The notes under the pieces: generated by a model
Told to the model about the DNA's origin: nothing
Seen by the model: the letters and a program-made list of their open reading frames with translations, nothing else
The model's database searches: none
In this document: piece after piece, positions 1 to 7,953 of the stretch
Layout: each line of letters begins with the position of its first letter
How positions within the stretch are numbered: position 1 is the first letter of the stretch
Program-made: the position numbers and the translations under genes
Assembly: GCA_016188075.1 (NCBI GenBank)
Contig: JACPIO010000017.1
Location: 23,406-87,405 of the forward strand
Direction of reading: 5' to 3'
Origin: Candidatus Wolfebacteria bacterium
Lineage (GTDB): Bacteria > Patescibacteriota > Minisyncoccia > UBA6257 > UBA9933
DNA length: 64,000 bases

Positions 1-2
1 TT

Positions 3-1367
3 CTCGAAGCTCAAGAAAAGGCCGCTGCCCTTCTTGAGGAAATAAAAAAGGAGGAGAAAGAAAGCAAGGTTCAGCTCGGCCGTCTCGAAGAAAGACTCAT
101 TAGAAAAGAAGAGTCGCTCGAAAAACAAGCGGCTGATTTGGTTGACCAAGAAAAGCGGCTGGGAGCGGAGATTGAAAAACTGAAAGGTTTGAAACAAGAG
201 GTTGACAGCTTGAAGCAAAATACAGTAAGAGAGCTTGAAAGAATTTCCGGCTTAAGCCGAGCCGAAGCCAAAGACCTGCTTGTTGCCAAGATTAAATCGG
301 ATTATAACGAAGAGCTGGCTCTTGCCATTCAAAAACTGGAAAGAGAAAAAAGAGACGAACTCGAGAAAAAATCTCTGGAGGTAATGACCGTGGCCATCCA
401 ACGCTACGCGCGTTCTCATGTTTCCGACATAACCACCACGGTCTTCAATCTTAAAGACGAGGATTTGAAAGGTAAGATCATCGGCCGCGAGGGAAGAAAC
501 ATCCGGGCGCTGGAGAGGGCAACCGGAGTGGAGTTTGTGATTGACGAAACGCCGGAGAGTATTCTTATTTCTTCTTTCGATCCGGCGCGCCGCGAGGTGG
601 CGAGGCTGGCTTTGGAAAAGCTGATTAAAGACGGCCGGATTCAGCCGGCTAAGATAGAAGAGAAGGTTGAAGAAGCCAAACAGGAATTAAACAAAAAAAT
701 AATGGAAATCGGGGAGGCCGCCGCTTACGAAGTGGGAATTTACGATCTGCCGAAAGAGATTATTCAGCTTTTGGGCCGGCTTCACTTCCGAACCAGCTAT
801 GGCCAGAACGTTCTTTTAAATTGCATTGAGACGGCGCATTTAGCCGCTATGATAGCCGCGGAGTTGGGTCTTGACCCGGAGGTGGCGAAAAAAGCCGGAC
901 TCCTGCATGATATCGGCAAAGCCATTGATCACGAAGTTCAAGGAAGCCACGTTGATCTCGGCAGAAAAATTCTCAAAAAGTACAACATTCAGAACGAAGT
1001 AATTGAGGCAATGGAAGCCCATCACGAAGAATATCCTTTTGCGTCGCCGGAAGCCTATATAGTGGCGGCAGCCGATGCCCTATCCGCCAGTCGTCCCGGA
1101 GCGCGGAGAGATACGATTGAAAATTATATCAAGCGTCTTGGGGAGTTGGAAAAAATCGCCGCTGGTTTTGACGGAGTAAAAAACGCTTACGCTGTTTCCG
1201 CCGGACGGGAAATAAGGATTTTCGTGGTGCCGGAAAAAATTGATGATTTCGGCGCTCTTCAGCTCGCCAAAAATATTGCCGGTAAAGTGCAGTCGGATTT
1301 AAAATACCCAGGAGAAATCAAGGTAAATGTCATTCGAGAAATAAGAGCGGTGGAATACGCCCGGTAA
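3..1367 (+). CDS. rny: Ribonuclease Y (5'-partial; the frame is open from the window edge)
   Basis: Coiled-coil N-region, KH motif KGKIIGREGRNIRALE, HD motif LLHDIGK, C-terminal KYPGEIKVNVIRE. Confidence 0.97.
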   Translation, partial: LEAQEKAAALLEEIKKEEKESKVQLGRLEERLIRKEESLEKQAADLVDQEKRLGAEIEKLKGLKQEVDSLKQNTVRELERISGLSRAEAKDLLVAKIKSDYNEELALAIQKLEREKRDELEKKSLEVMTVAIQRYARSHVSDITTTVFNLKDEDLKGKIIGREGRNIRALERATGVEFVIDETPESILISSFDPARREVARLALEKLIKDGRIQPAKIEEKVEEAKQELNKKIMEIGEAAAYEVGIYDLPKEIIQLLGRLHFRTSYGQNVLLNCIETAHLAAMIAAELGLDPEVAKKAGLLHDIGKAIDHEVQGSHVDLGRKILKKYNIQNEVIEAMEAHHEEYPFASPEAYIVAAADALSASRPGARRDTIENYIKRLGELEKIAAGFDGVKNAYAVSAGREIRIFVVPEKIDDFGALQLAKNIAGKVQSDLKYPGEIKVNVIREIRAVEYAR

Positions 1368-1395
1368 GCCATATTTGACTTTCCACAGGTTATCC

Positions 1396-1424
1396 TTGTT
1401 TTTACCAGATTTTTCCTATATAAT
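1396..1424 (+). promoter_or_regulatory. Putative sigma70 promoter for hup
   Basis: TTGTTT(1396-1401)-N17-TATAAT(1419-1424). Confidence 0.5.
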
Positions 1425-1458
1425 TTGGGGATAAAATAAATTGCCAAAGGTCGACGGG

Positions 1459-1530
1459 AATAGTAAATAGTAAATAGTAATTAGTAAATAGATAAGGAAT
1501 ATAAATTACTAATTACCAATTACTAATTAC
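1459..1530. repeat. Inverted pair of heptamer tandem repeats in the hup leader
   Basis: (TAGTAAA/TAGTAAT)n followed by the complementary (AATTACT/AATTACC)n. Confidence 0.85.
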
Positions 1531-1538
1531 CGATCACT

Positions 1539-1814
1539 ATGAATAAAGTTGGACTCGTTGAGGCAGTAATGAAAGCTGCTGGTTTAGAGGTAAAAAAACA
1601 AGCCACTGGCGCCGTTGATGCTGTTTTCGATACCATTACCCAAACAATGAGCCGGGGCGAAGAAGTGGCTATTGCCGGTTTCGGCACCTTTCGAGTGGCG
1701 AAGAGAGCGGCTCGAATGGGTATTAATCCCCGAACAGGCGAGAAGATTCAGATTGCCGCTTCGGTAAAACCAAAATTCCGAGCTGGGAAAGCCTTAAAAG
1801 AGGCCGTAAAATAG
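1539..1814 (+). CDS. hup: DNA-binding protein HU
   Basis: MNK..LV start, GFGTF..KRAAR.GINPRTGEKIQI..KPKFRAGKALKEAV. Confidence 0.97.
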   Translation: MNKVGLVEAVMKAAGLEVKKQATGAVDAVFDTITQTMSRGEEVAIAGFGTFRVAKRAARMGINPRTGEKIQIAASVKPKFRAGKALKEAVK

Positions 1815-1836
1815 AGGATTTTTAGCTCGCGAACCA

Positions 1837-1874
1837 AATTAAATAGTCCCGACCGCGGTCGGGACTATTTAATT
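1837..1874. terminator. Perfect 38-bp palindrome, probable bidirectional terminator
   Basis: AATTAAATAGTCCCGACCG|CGGTCGGGACTATTTAATT between convergent genes. Confidence 0.7.
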
Positions 1875-2007
1875 CAAGCGCCAGCAATTCCTCGCCGCTT
1901 GCGGCGAGGATGAATGGCGTAGATAGGAATTTCGGCGGAGCCGACCCTTATTGGATCGAACCCGCCCTGATGCCGCGTTCCGACTTGTCGGAACGCGGAC
2001 GGGTTCA
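1874..2007 (+). mobile_element. Non-autonomous IS200/IS605-like element, copy 1
   Basis: Follows TTTAAT, has two subterminal hairpins, ends GGGTTCA; near-identical to copies at 7533, 16029 and 38530. Confidence 0.7.
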
Positions 2008-2493
2008 ATTTCTAATGGCTCTCTCTATTTTCGTAAGTATTTCGCGCGTTTCTTTAATTTTCTCTAATGATTCTTCGATATTGTTATTCTTTAAATTTTC
2101 CTCCGCGATTTTAAAATCATTGACTGCCTCCTGAAGCAGGATGTCGATTTTCGGACCAGGAGAAACGTTCTCCGAAGAAGGTTTATTTTGAAGAATATAT
2201 TTAATCTCGTTCAATTTAAGCTGAATCGAAGCATTAATTTCATCCGCCTGGACTACCAGAGCGTCTTTTCGGGCCTGGTGCGTAAAATAAAAAATCAGGA
2301 GAGTTGAAATAACGACTGCTCCGCCGATCTCGAGGCTGGTTTGTAAGCGAAAGGTTTTTAATACGTCAAAAAAGCGCGCTTTTTCCGCTTTGGGTCCGGA
2401 AGCCAGTATTAAAAATCGGGATCGGGCCGAATACGCCGAATCCGGCTCGATTTTCCTTAGTTCTTTTAAATAAGTTAATAAGTTTTTATTCAT
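2005..2493 (-). CDS. Single-TM membrane protein, probable anti-sigma factor
   Basis: Overlaps the ECF sigma stop, central hydrophobic helix, C-terminal helical region. Confidence 0.6.
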   Translation of the reverse strand: MNKNLLTYLKELRKIEPDSAYSARSRFLILASGPKAEKARFFDVLKTFRLQTSLEIGGAVVISTLLIFYFTHQARKDALVVQADEINASIQLKLNEIKYILQNKPSSENVSPGPKIDILLQEAVNDFKIAEENLKNNNIEESLEKIKETREILTKIERAIRN

Positions 2494-3044
2494 GCTTCTG
2501 TTTTCACATTTAAGGTTTTTTTGAGCTTTTGGATGGCCCGGTGTTGAAGAAGTCTCACATTCTCGGGCTTTTTTTCTAAAATACGCGCGACTTCATCCGG
2601 CGAAAGCTCCTCCACGAATCTTAGAATAACAATGTCTTGTTCAATTTGATTAAGACATCTCAATGCTTCTTCTACGCGCGCAAGGTCAAGGTTTTGGTCT
2701 ATGATTTTCGAAAGATCATCGTCTCCGGTTTCTTCAAGCTCGTTATTTACCACCTCCTCGAGATCAATATGGATTTTTTTTGTTCGGTAGTAATCAATGA
2801 TTTCGTTGCGGGCAATGCGGTAAAGCCAGCTCGAGAAGGGAAAACCCTCGAACCGGTATTCGATGATTTTCTCGAATCCCTGAAGAAAAACCTGATGGGT
2901 GAGGTCCTCGGCTTCCTCACGAAGGCCTACTTTAAGATAGATAAACCGGTAAATTTGCGGTTGATAATGATCGTAAAGAAGGCCAAAAGCCTGGGCCTCA
3001 CCCTTAATGGCGTGTTTTATGAGATTTTTCTCGCCATCTAACAT
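2490..3044 (-). CDS. ECF (sigma-70 family) RNA polymerase sigma factor
   Basis: AFGLLYDHY, AEDLTHQVF, FSSWLYRIARN, region-4 HTH ending QHRAIQKLK. Confidence 0.95.
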   Translation of the reverse strand: MLDGEKNLIKHAIKGEAQAFGLLYDHYQPQIYRFIYLKVGLREEAEDLTHQVFLQGFEKIIEYRFEGFPFSSWLYRIARNEIIDYYRTKKIHIDLEEVVNNELEETGDDDLSKIIDQNLDLARVEEALRCLNQIEQDIVILRFVEELSPDEVARILEKKPENVRLLQHRAIQKLKKTLNVKTEA

Positions 3045-3104
3045 AGATAACGAAGCAGAAAGTGATTAGTTTCCGATTCGGGAAAATGTTGATTTTGGAG
3101 CGGG

Positions 3105-3163
3105 CCGCCCAAGTAGAACTTGGTCGAGCCTCGCTCAAAATTTTTGCAAAAATTTTGAGCGGG
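3105..3163 (-). repeat. Double-hairpin AGGCT-linker element at the tRNA-Gly 3' end
   Basis: CC-CGCTCAAAATTTTT/AAAAATTTTGAGCG-AGGCT-CGACCAAGT/ACTTGGGCG-G, followed by a displaced CCCGCTCCA (3096-3104). Confidence 0.7.
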
Positions 3164-3228
3164 TGAAGGGAATCGAACCCTCGTACTCTGATTGGCAACC
3201 AGATGCACTGCCACTGTGCTACACCCGC
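3158..3228 (-). tRNA. tRNA-Gly(GCC)
   Basis: GCGGGTG/CACCCGC acceptor stem, anticodon loop TTGCCAA, GGTTCGATTCC T-arm. Confidence 0.95.
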
Positions 3229-3275
3229 ATTCAGTCTTCTTAATATAATCTTGTCCAACTGCTCCGTACAGGCTG

Positions 3276-3359
3276 TGGGCAGAGAGGGACTTGAACCCTC
3301 AAAGGATTACTCCCATAGCGTTCTGAACGCTACGTGTTTGCCAATTTCACCATCTGCCC
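3276..3359 (-). tRNA. tRNA-Leu(CAG)
   Basis: GGGCAGA/TCTGCCC stem, loop TTCAGAA, long variable arm, GGTTCAAGTCC. Confidence 0.95.
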
Positions 3360-3369
3360 ATACATTTGG

Positions 3370-5070
3370 TTATTTAAACACCCTTTTCGTCTTCATATAC
3401 CACTTCTCTATAGCAGAGAATCGGTCCGAGGGCAAGGCAATAAAATTTTCTTCAAAACCTTGAAGTCCGCCGCGAATTACATAAAGGTAATTCGGCGAAA
3501 AAAGAAAGATGGCCGGAGCCTCGCCGGAAATAAGCGAGTTTAAACTGGCTAAATCTTTTCTCCGAGCCGTCTCGTCTTCGTCAGTCCGGATCGATTCCAA
3601 GAGCGCGTCGGCCAGCCGGCTTTCGTAAAGAGACAAATTCAGCCCGGGATAAAATCTTTCCGAAGAATGCCAAAAGGAAAAAGGATCGGGATTTTCGCCA
3701 AAAGTGTTTCCAAAAAGAATCATTTCATAGTCGCGAGCTTTGAGCACGCTGTTCGTAATTTCCTCGTGAGACTTCACCGAGACGTTAAGCTTCACGCCGA
3801 TTTTTAACCAGTCGGAAGCAATAAGATTCGCCGCCTCAACCAAAAAGGAATTGTCCGGCACAATTAGATTAAATTCCATTTTGGCAGTTTCTCCGGAACC
3901 GGCAATCAGCCGACCGCCCTTGTCAAGGAGCGGCCCGATTCTTTTTTCCATTATTCCCCCTTCACCCGGGCGCCAGCCGTTTTCCGTGAAAAGAGACAAC
4001 GCTTTGTCCGGCAAAATAAGAGCGGGCTCGCCGTAAGGCGCGGCCTTGTATCCCTCCATTCCGGGAAGAAGCGGCCCCTCTACTCGGAGGGCGTGATTCC
4101 CGAAAACTTTCTCAATAATTTTTTTGCGGTCAACGGCAAGCCCCAAGGCAATTCTTATATTTTTTTCTTGGAGAGCCGGAGCGGAGGCTAAATTAAAGAA
4201 AATGGCGTTGTAGCGGGGCATTCTCAAATCGTACGTCTGCTTCGCGACCGTGATTTTTTCCAAATCCGGCGCGTCGAGATTGCCCGCGCCGTCAACTATC
4301 CCCCTGTTTACCGCTTCAATCAATTCGTCCTTGCTGGGATAGAATTTGAAAATCAGATTATTCAAATACGGCCGCTCCCCTAAATAATTTTCGTTCCTTG
4401 TAAGCTGATATTGACTGATGAATCCGTCTCTTTTTTTCTCGATCGAAAGAAATTTAAACGGTCCGCTCGCGACCGGTTCCAGGTTAAAACTGGAAAGCCG
4501 GATATTGGCCGGCGGCAAAACCCCGAAGATATGCTTGGGAATCGGTCTCAAATCTTTCAAATTGTTTTTAAAGAAGGCGTAAGGAGAAGCTAATTTTAAT
4601 TTGAATTCCAATTCGCTTACTCGCTCGGTCTCCACCCCCTGCCAAGCGAGAAACAAGGGAGAACGAGTATCGGGATCCTGAATCAGATTGATCGTAAAAA
4701 TAACGTCATCGCTCGTAATCTCCACTCCATCATCCCAACGGGCATCGGGCTTAAGCCGGAGATTCCAAGATTTACCCTTGTCGTTCACCTTATAACTCTC
4801 CGCCAAATCCAAAACGTCGCTGAATAAAATTTCCGTCAAATCCCTATCCGGATCGTTCTCGCCCACCAAGACCGGATTCACAAAACTTAATTGCCCGACT
4901 ACGCCTTCGCGGTATTCGCCGCCCAAAGCCGGAATTTCTTTTGTTTTCTCGCCGATAAAATTCGCGCCAATAAAAATTCCGCTTACCGCGAAAACCAAAA
5001 GGCTGGAAGCAAAAATCAACCTCTCAAGGCGCGAAAAAATTTTCCAGATTTTAAGGATTCCCGAAAACAA
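3370..5070 (-). CDS. ABC transporter substrate-binding protein, family 5 (peptide/nickel)
   Basis: N-terminal TM, WDDGVEITSDDVIFT, PVASGPFKF, IRIALGLAVDR motifs. Confidence 0.9.
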   Translation of the reverse strand: MFSGILKIWKIFSRLERLIFASSLLVFAVSGIFIGANFIGEKTKEIPALGGEYREGVVGQLSFVNPVLVGENDPDRDLTEILFSDVLDLAESYKVNDKGKSWNLRLKPDARWDDGVEITSDDVIFTINLIQDPDTRSPLFLAWQGVETERVSELEFKLKLASPYAFFKNNLKDLRPIPKHIFGVLPPANIRLSSFNLEPVASGPFKFLSIEKKRDGFISQYQLTRNENYLGERPYLNNLIFKFYPSKDELIEAVNRGIVDGAGNLDAPDLEKITVAKQTYDLRMPRYNAIFFNLASAPALQEKNIRIALGLAVDRKKIIEKVFGNHALRVEGPLLPGMEGYKAAPYGEPALILPDKALSLFTENGWRPGEGGIMEKRIGPLLDKGGRLIAGSGETAKMEFNLIVPDNSFLVEAANLIASDWLKIGVKLNVSVKSHEEITNSVLKARDYEMILFGNTFGENPDPFSFWHSSERFYPGLNLSLYESRLADALLESIRTDEDETARRKDLASLNSLISGEAPAIFLFSPNYLYVIRGGLQGFEENFIALPSDRFSAIEKWYMKTKRVFK

Positions 5071-5076
5071 AGTGGG

Positions 5077-5298
5077 TTAAAAAGATTGCCCGACTATATT
5101 AAAAAGCGAGAGGCCGACAAAAATCAAAGAGAGAACGACGGTGGCGAAAAAGATAACGCGCTCCAGCCCTCGGCGTTGATGATAGACCTCGCCCTCCACG
5201 CCTCCGAAAATAGAAGAGGCGCCGGAAGACCGCTCTTGAAGCAAGATCAAAGCGATCAAAAGAACGGAAACGATAATTTGAACAATAGAGATGAACAT
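5077..5298 (-). CDS. secG: Preprotein translocase subunit SecG
   Basis: Two TM helices, ILLQ..SSGASSIFGG, RRGLE. Confidence 0.9.
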   Translation of the reverse strand: MFISIVQIIVSVLLIALILLQERSSGASSIFGGVEGEVYHQRRGLERVIFFATVVLSLIFVGLSLFNIVGQSF

Positions 5299-5332
5299 AG
5301 ACGGTAATTGGTAATTAGTAATTAGAAATTTT

Positions 5333-5695
5333 TTACTTGTATACTCTTTTCACGGCAAAGTGGATTAAAAAATTCGTGAGTCCGATAATAAGCGTAGCAT
5401 AAAAAAGAGGCAAAAGTCCATTGATGGTCAAAGTGGCAGAGTAGAGGTCGAGAATGTAGAGTAATATCATATTCACCAAAATTATTCCTAGACCCAAGGT
5501 CAGAAAAATAATCGGGCCCAAAATCAGCTTGAAGACCGGACCCAGAAAGAAGTTAATAAAGGTAAAAATAGCGGCAACCTGGGTCGTTGACCAGAAGTCG
5601 GAGGGAATGCTCACGCCGGACACAAAATTGTTTACCACCCAAAAAGCGACCAGATTGGAAAAAAACGCGATAATGAACCGAGAGGCGATTTTCAT
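5333..5695 (-). CDS. 4-TM membrane protein, YvlD/DUF360 (phage holin family 4)
   Basis: INFFLGPVFKLILGPIIFLTLGL..ILVN motif. Confidence 0.8.
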   Translation of the reverse strand: MKIASRFIIAFFSNLVAFWVVNNFVSGVSIPSDFWSTTQVAAIFTFINFFLGPVFKLILGPIIFLTLGLGIILVNMILLYILDLYSATLTINGLLPLFYATLIIGLTNFLIHFAVKRVYK

Positions 5696-5784
5696 AGTTT
5701 TATGATTTTAGCACATCTACGTTATCCACAAAAGACGCTTTCTATATTAAGGTTTGAGATGTATAATATACAAAGGTAATCAAA

Positions 5785-5926
5785 CCCCGTCACCTTTGGA
5801 AGATTGCGTTTCTTATAAACGCCGTGGTTTGACTATATCCGTTTTCCCAAAGACCAAATTTTGGGAATGCGGGGCTAATTAAACAAGAAACGACAATAGC
5901 GTTTACTATCTTCCAAAGGTACGGGG
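5785..5926. mobile_element. CCCC...GGGG miniature inverted-repeat element with 4-bp flanking direct repeat CAAA
   Basis: CCCCGT(C)ACCTTTGGAAGAT ... ATCTTCCAAAGGTACGGGG; CAAA at 5781-5784 and 5927-5930. Confidence 0.7.
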
Positions 5927-5956
5927 CAAAGGTCGAAAAAACTCGGAAACACAATT

Positions 5957-6646
5957 ATGATACTTCAAAGCTGGGCAGAAGTTACAAGCACTAACCTTCA
6001 GAGAGTCTGGGCAGGGGTTTTAGAAACACTGCCTTTAATTATCGGGGCCATTGTCGTAATTATCGTCGGACTGGTGGTTGCCTCTCTTATTAAATGGCTG
6101 GTCGAGAGCCTGATTAAAGGAATCAAGCTTGACGTTCTCCTTGAAAAATTGGGGCTCACAACCTATTTAAGCCGGGCAGGGCTAAACCTGGACTCGGGGC
6201 GATTTTTCGGCCTTTTGGTTTACTGGTTTTTAGTTATTGTTTTCGTATTGGCCGCGTCCGACATTCTGCATCTCTGGGGCTTATCAATCTTCTTGAGCAA
6301 TGTTTTGGCCTATGTCCCCAACGTAATCGCCGCCATGCTGATGATCCTCGCGGCGGTGGTGGCGGCCAAATTCCTGAAGTCGTTAGTCGGCGCTTCCATT
6401 ATGAGCGCCAAACTTCACGCTTCAAGATTCTTAGGCACTTTCACCTGGTGGGCGGTTGTCATTTTCGGATTACTCGCGGCGCTCTATCAGCTTTTGGGTA
6501 ATTCCGCCACTACCCTAATAAATACCCTGGTTACGGGCGTCATCGCGATGATTGCTCTGGCCGGCGGTATCGCCTTTGGTTTGGGCGGCAAAGAATACGC
6601 GGCGCATCTCTTGGAAAAGCTAAGGGAGCACACCGAAGAAGAATAA
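5957..6646 (+). CDS. TM-helix-repeat membrane protein (CmpX/MscS N-terminal type)
   Basis: LPLIIGAIV, YVPNVIAA repeats, AGGIAFGLGGKEYA C-terminus. Confidence 0.8.
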   Translation: MILQSWAEVTSTNLQRVWAGVLETLPLIIGAIVVIIVGLVVASLIKWLVESLIKGIKLDVLLEKLGLTTYLSRAGLNLDSGRFFGLLVYWFLVIVFVLAASDILHLWGLSIFLSNVLAYVPNVIAAMLMILAAVVAAKFLKSLVGASIMSAKLHASRFLGTFTWWAVVIFGLLAALYQLLGNSATTLINTLVTGVIAMIALAGGIAFGLGGKEYAAHLLEKLREHTEEE

Positions 6647-6691
6647 GCGGAGCTCCACGGGAAACGAAGGATCGCCTTTCTAGAAAGACGA

Positions 6692-6728
6692 AACAAAAAT
6701 TCCCCGCCTTAGGCGGGGAATTTTTGTT
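6692..6728 (+). terminator. Intrinsic terminator
   Basis: AACAAAAATTCCCCGCC-TTA-GGCGGGGAATTTTTGTT. Confidence 0.8.
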
Positions 6729-6733
6729 GTTGA

Positions 6734-6858
6734 CCCCAACACCAATAGTGGATAGGTTATCATAATAAAGAAAAATTTTGTATATATATTTATAATTTAA
6801 ACCAATTTGGCAGAAATATGGTTAGACGAGAATTTATCAATCCACTATTGGTGTGGGG
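6734..6858. mobile_element. CCCC...GGGG miniature inverted-repeat element with 4-bp flanking direct repeat TTGA
   Basis: CCCCA(A)CACCAATAGTGGAT ... ATCCACTATTGGTGTGGGG; TTGA at 6730-6733 and 6859-6862. Confidence 0.7.
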
Positions 6859-6887
6859 TTGAAAAAACCCAATTTATATGCTAAGAT
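6859..6887 (+). promoter_or_regulatory. Putative sigma70 promoter
   Basis: TTGAAA-N17-TAAGAT with extended TGn; the -35 overlaps the element's duplicated TTGA. Confidence 0.5.
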
Positions 6888-6898
6888 GTTGAAAACCC

Positions 6899-7531
6899 AT
6901 GACTATTACCTGGTACGGCGAAGGCAGTTTTAAAATTCAGACCGGAGAAACCTCGCTTCTCACGGATCCGTTTGACCCTATAACAGGGCTTACTCCTCCC
7001 CGGTTTAAGCCTCAAATTATTCTCAAAACCCTGAATGCTATCGCTGATCTTTCGGCGAAGGACGCCAAAAATCGAGATGGGCTTTCCATAAACGGCGCGG
7101 GCGAATACAATCTAAGGGGCATAAATATCTTGGGCATTCCGCTCACAGAAGAATCAACCGGCAAATTTTTAAAAACCATCTATATTCTGGAAGCCGAGGA
7201 TATCCGGCTTTGTCTTCTCGGGCACCTGTCCGAAGCGCCGGAAACGGCCACTCTTCAGAAAATCGGGGAGATTGACATTCTTTTTATTCCGGCCGGCGGC
7301 AAACCGTTTCTCGATCAAAAATCAAGTTTTAAGCTCGTGAAGCAGATTGAACCCAAAATAGTCATTCCATCATTTTTTAAACTGCCGGGCCTGAAACGTC
7401 CGGCGGCCGACGTCCAAACCTTCCTCGATGAAGTGAATCACAAAAAAATAGATTCCCAAGAAAAATTATCCATAAAAAGCAAAGAGTTAAGAGAAAGCAA
7501 ATCAATGCAAATCGCGGTTTTAAAAATTTAA
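6899..7531 (+). CDS. MBL-fold metallo-hydrolase-like protein
   Basis: MTITWYGEGSFKI..LLTDPF, IDILFIPAGG, IEPKIVIP. Confidence 0.8.
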   Translation: MTITWYGEGSFKIQTGETSLLTDPFDPITGLTPPRFKPQIILKTLNAIADLSAKDAKNRDGLSINGAGEYNLRGINILGIPLTEESTGKFLKTIYILEAEDIRLCLLGHLSEAPETATLQKIGEIDILFIPAGGKPFLDQKSSFKLVKQIEPKIVIPSFFKLPGLKRPAADVQTFLDEVNHKKIDSQEKLSIKSKELRESKSMQIAVLKI

Positions 7532-7532
7532 T

Positions 7533-7660
7533 CCAAGCGCCAGCAATTCCTCGCCGCTTGCGGCGAGGATGAATGGCGCGACTAGAAATCTCGGCGGAGC
7601 CGACCCTTATTGGATCGAACCCGCCCTGATGCCGCGCCGCTTGCGGCGCGGACGGGTTCA
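7533..7660 (+). mobile_element. Non-autonomous IS200/IS605-like element, copy 2
   Basis: Follows TTTAAT (which contains the upstream gene's TAA), ends GGGTTCA. Confidence 0.7.
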
Positions 7661-7662
7661 CA

Positions 7663-7953
7663 ATGCAAGCGATAAAAAAATTCCTCGAAAAAATTCAAAA
7701 TTCCGACGAGGCGGCGAAAAAACGCTGGGTGGCGGGCGCGAGCGCCCTTGCCATGATCATGATCATTTTTTTCTGGGCTTTCACAATGAATCCGTTAGCC
7801 GATTCGACCTCTCGTCTTCGCGGAGAGGCGGGGCCGGGTTTCTGGGAAATTTTTACAAGCGGTTTAAGAGAGGTAACGGCGTCGATCAAAAATGAATTGA
7901 AAAATCTGTCTTCAACATTAATCGAAGAGCGATCAATTACCATAGAGAAATAA
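7663..7953 (+). CDS. Hypothetical single-TM protein
   Basis: ATG start, hydrophobic helix, abuts gyrA. Confidence 0.7.
   Translation: MQAIKKFLEKIQNSDEAAKKRWVAGASALAMIMIIFFWAFTMNPLADSTSRLRGEAGPGFWEIFTSGLREVTASIKNELKNLSSTLIEERSITIEK

Noticed and set aside
1910-2134. ORFs with the NLGGADPYWIEPALMPR motif or its reverse-strand reading (also 7377-7661, 7569-7895, 15951-16232)
   Set aside because: Read-through of the repeated IS605-like element, overlapping real genes
5333-5695. Holin-family gene plus Xer recombinase as evidence of a prophage
   Set aside because: Both are common chromosomal genes, they are 54 kb apart, and there are no phage structural genes
5722-5730. Perfect DnaA box TTATCCACA suggesting oriC
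   Set aside because: It is a single box with no cluster and no dnaA/dnaN nearby
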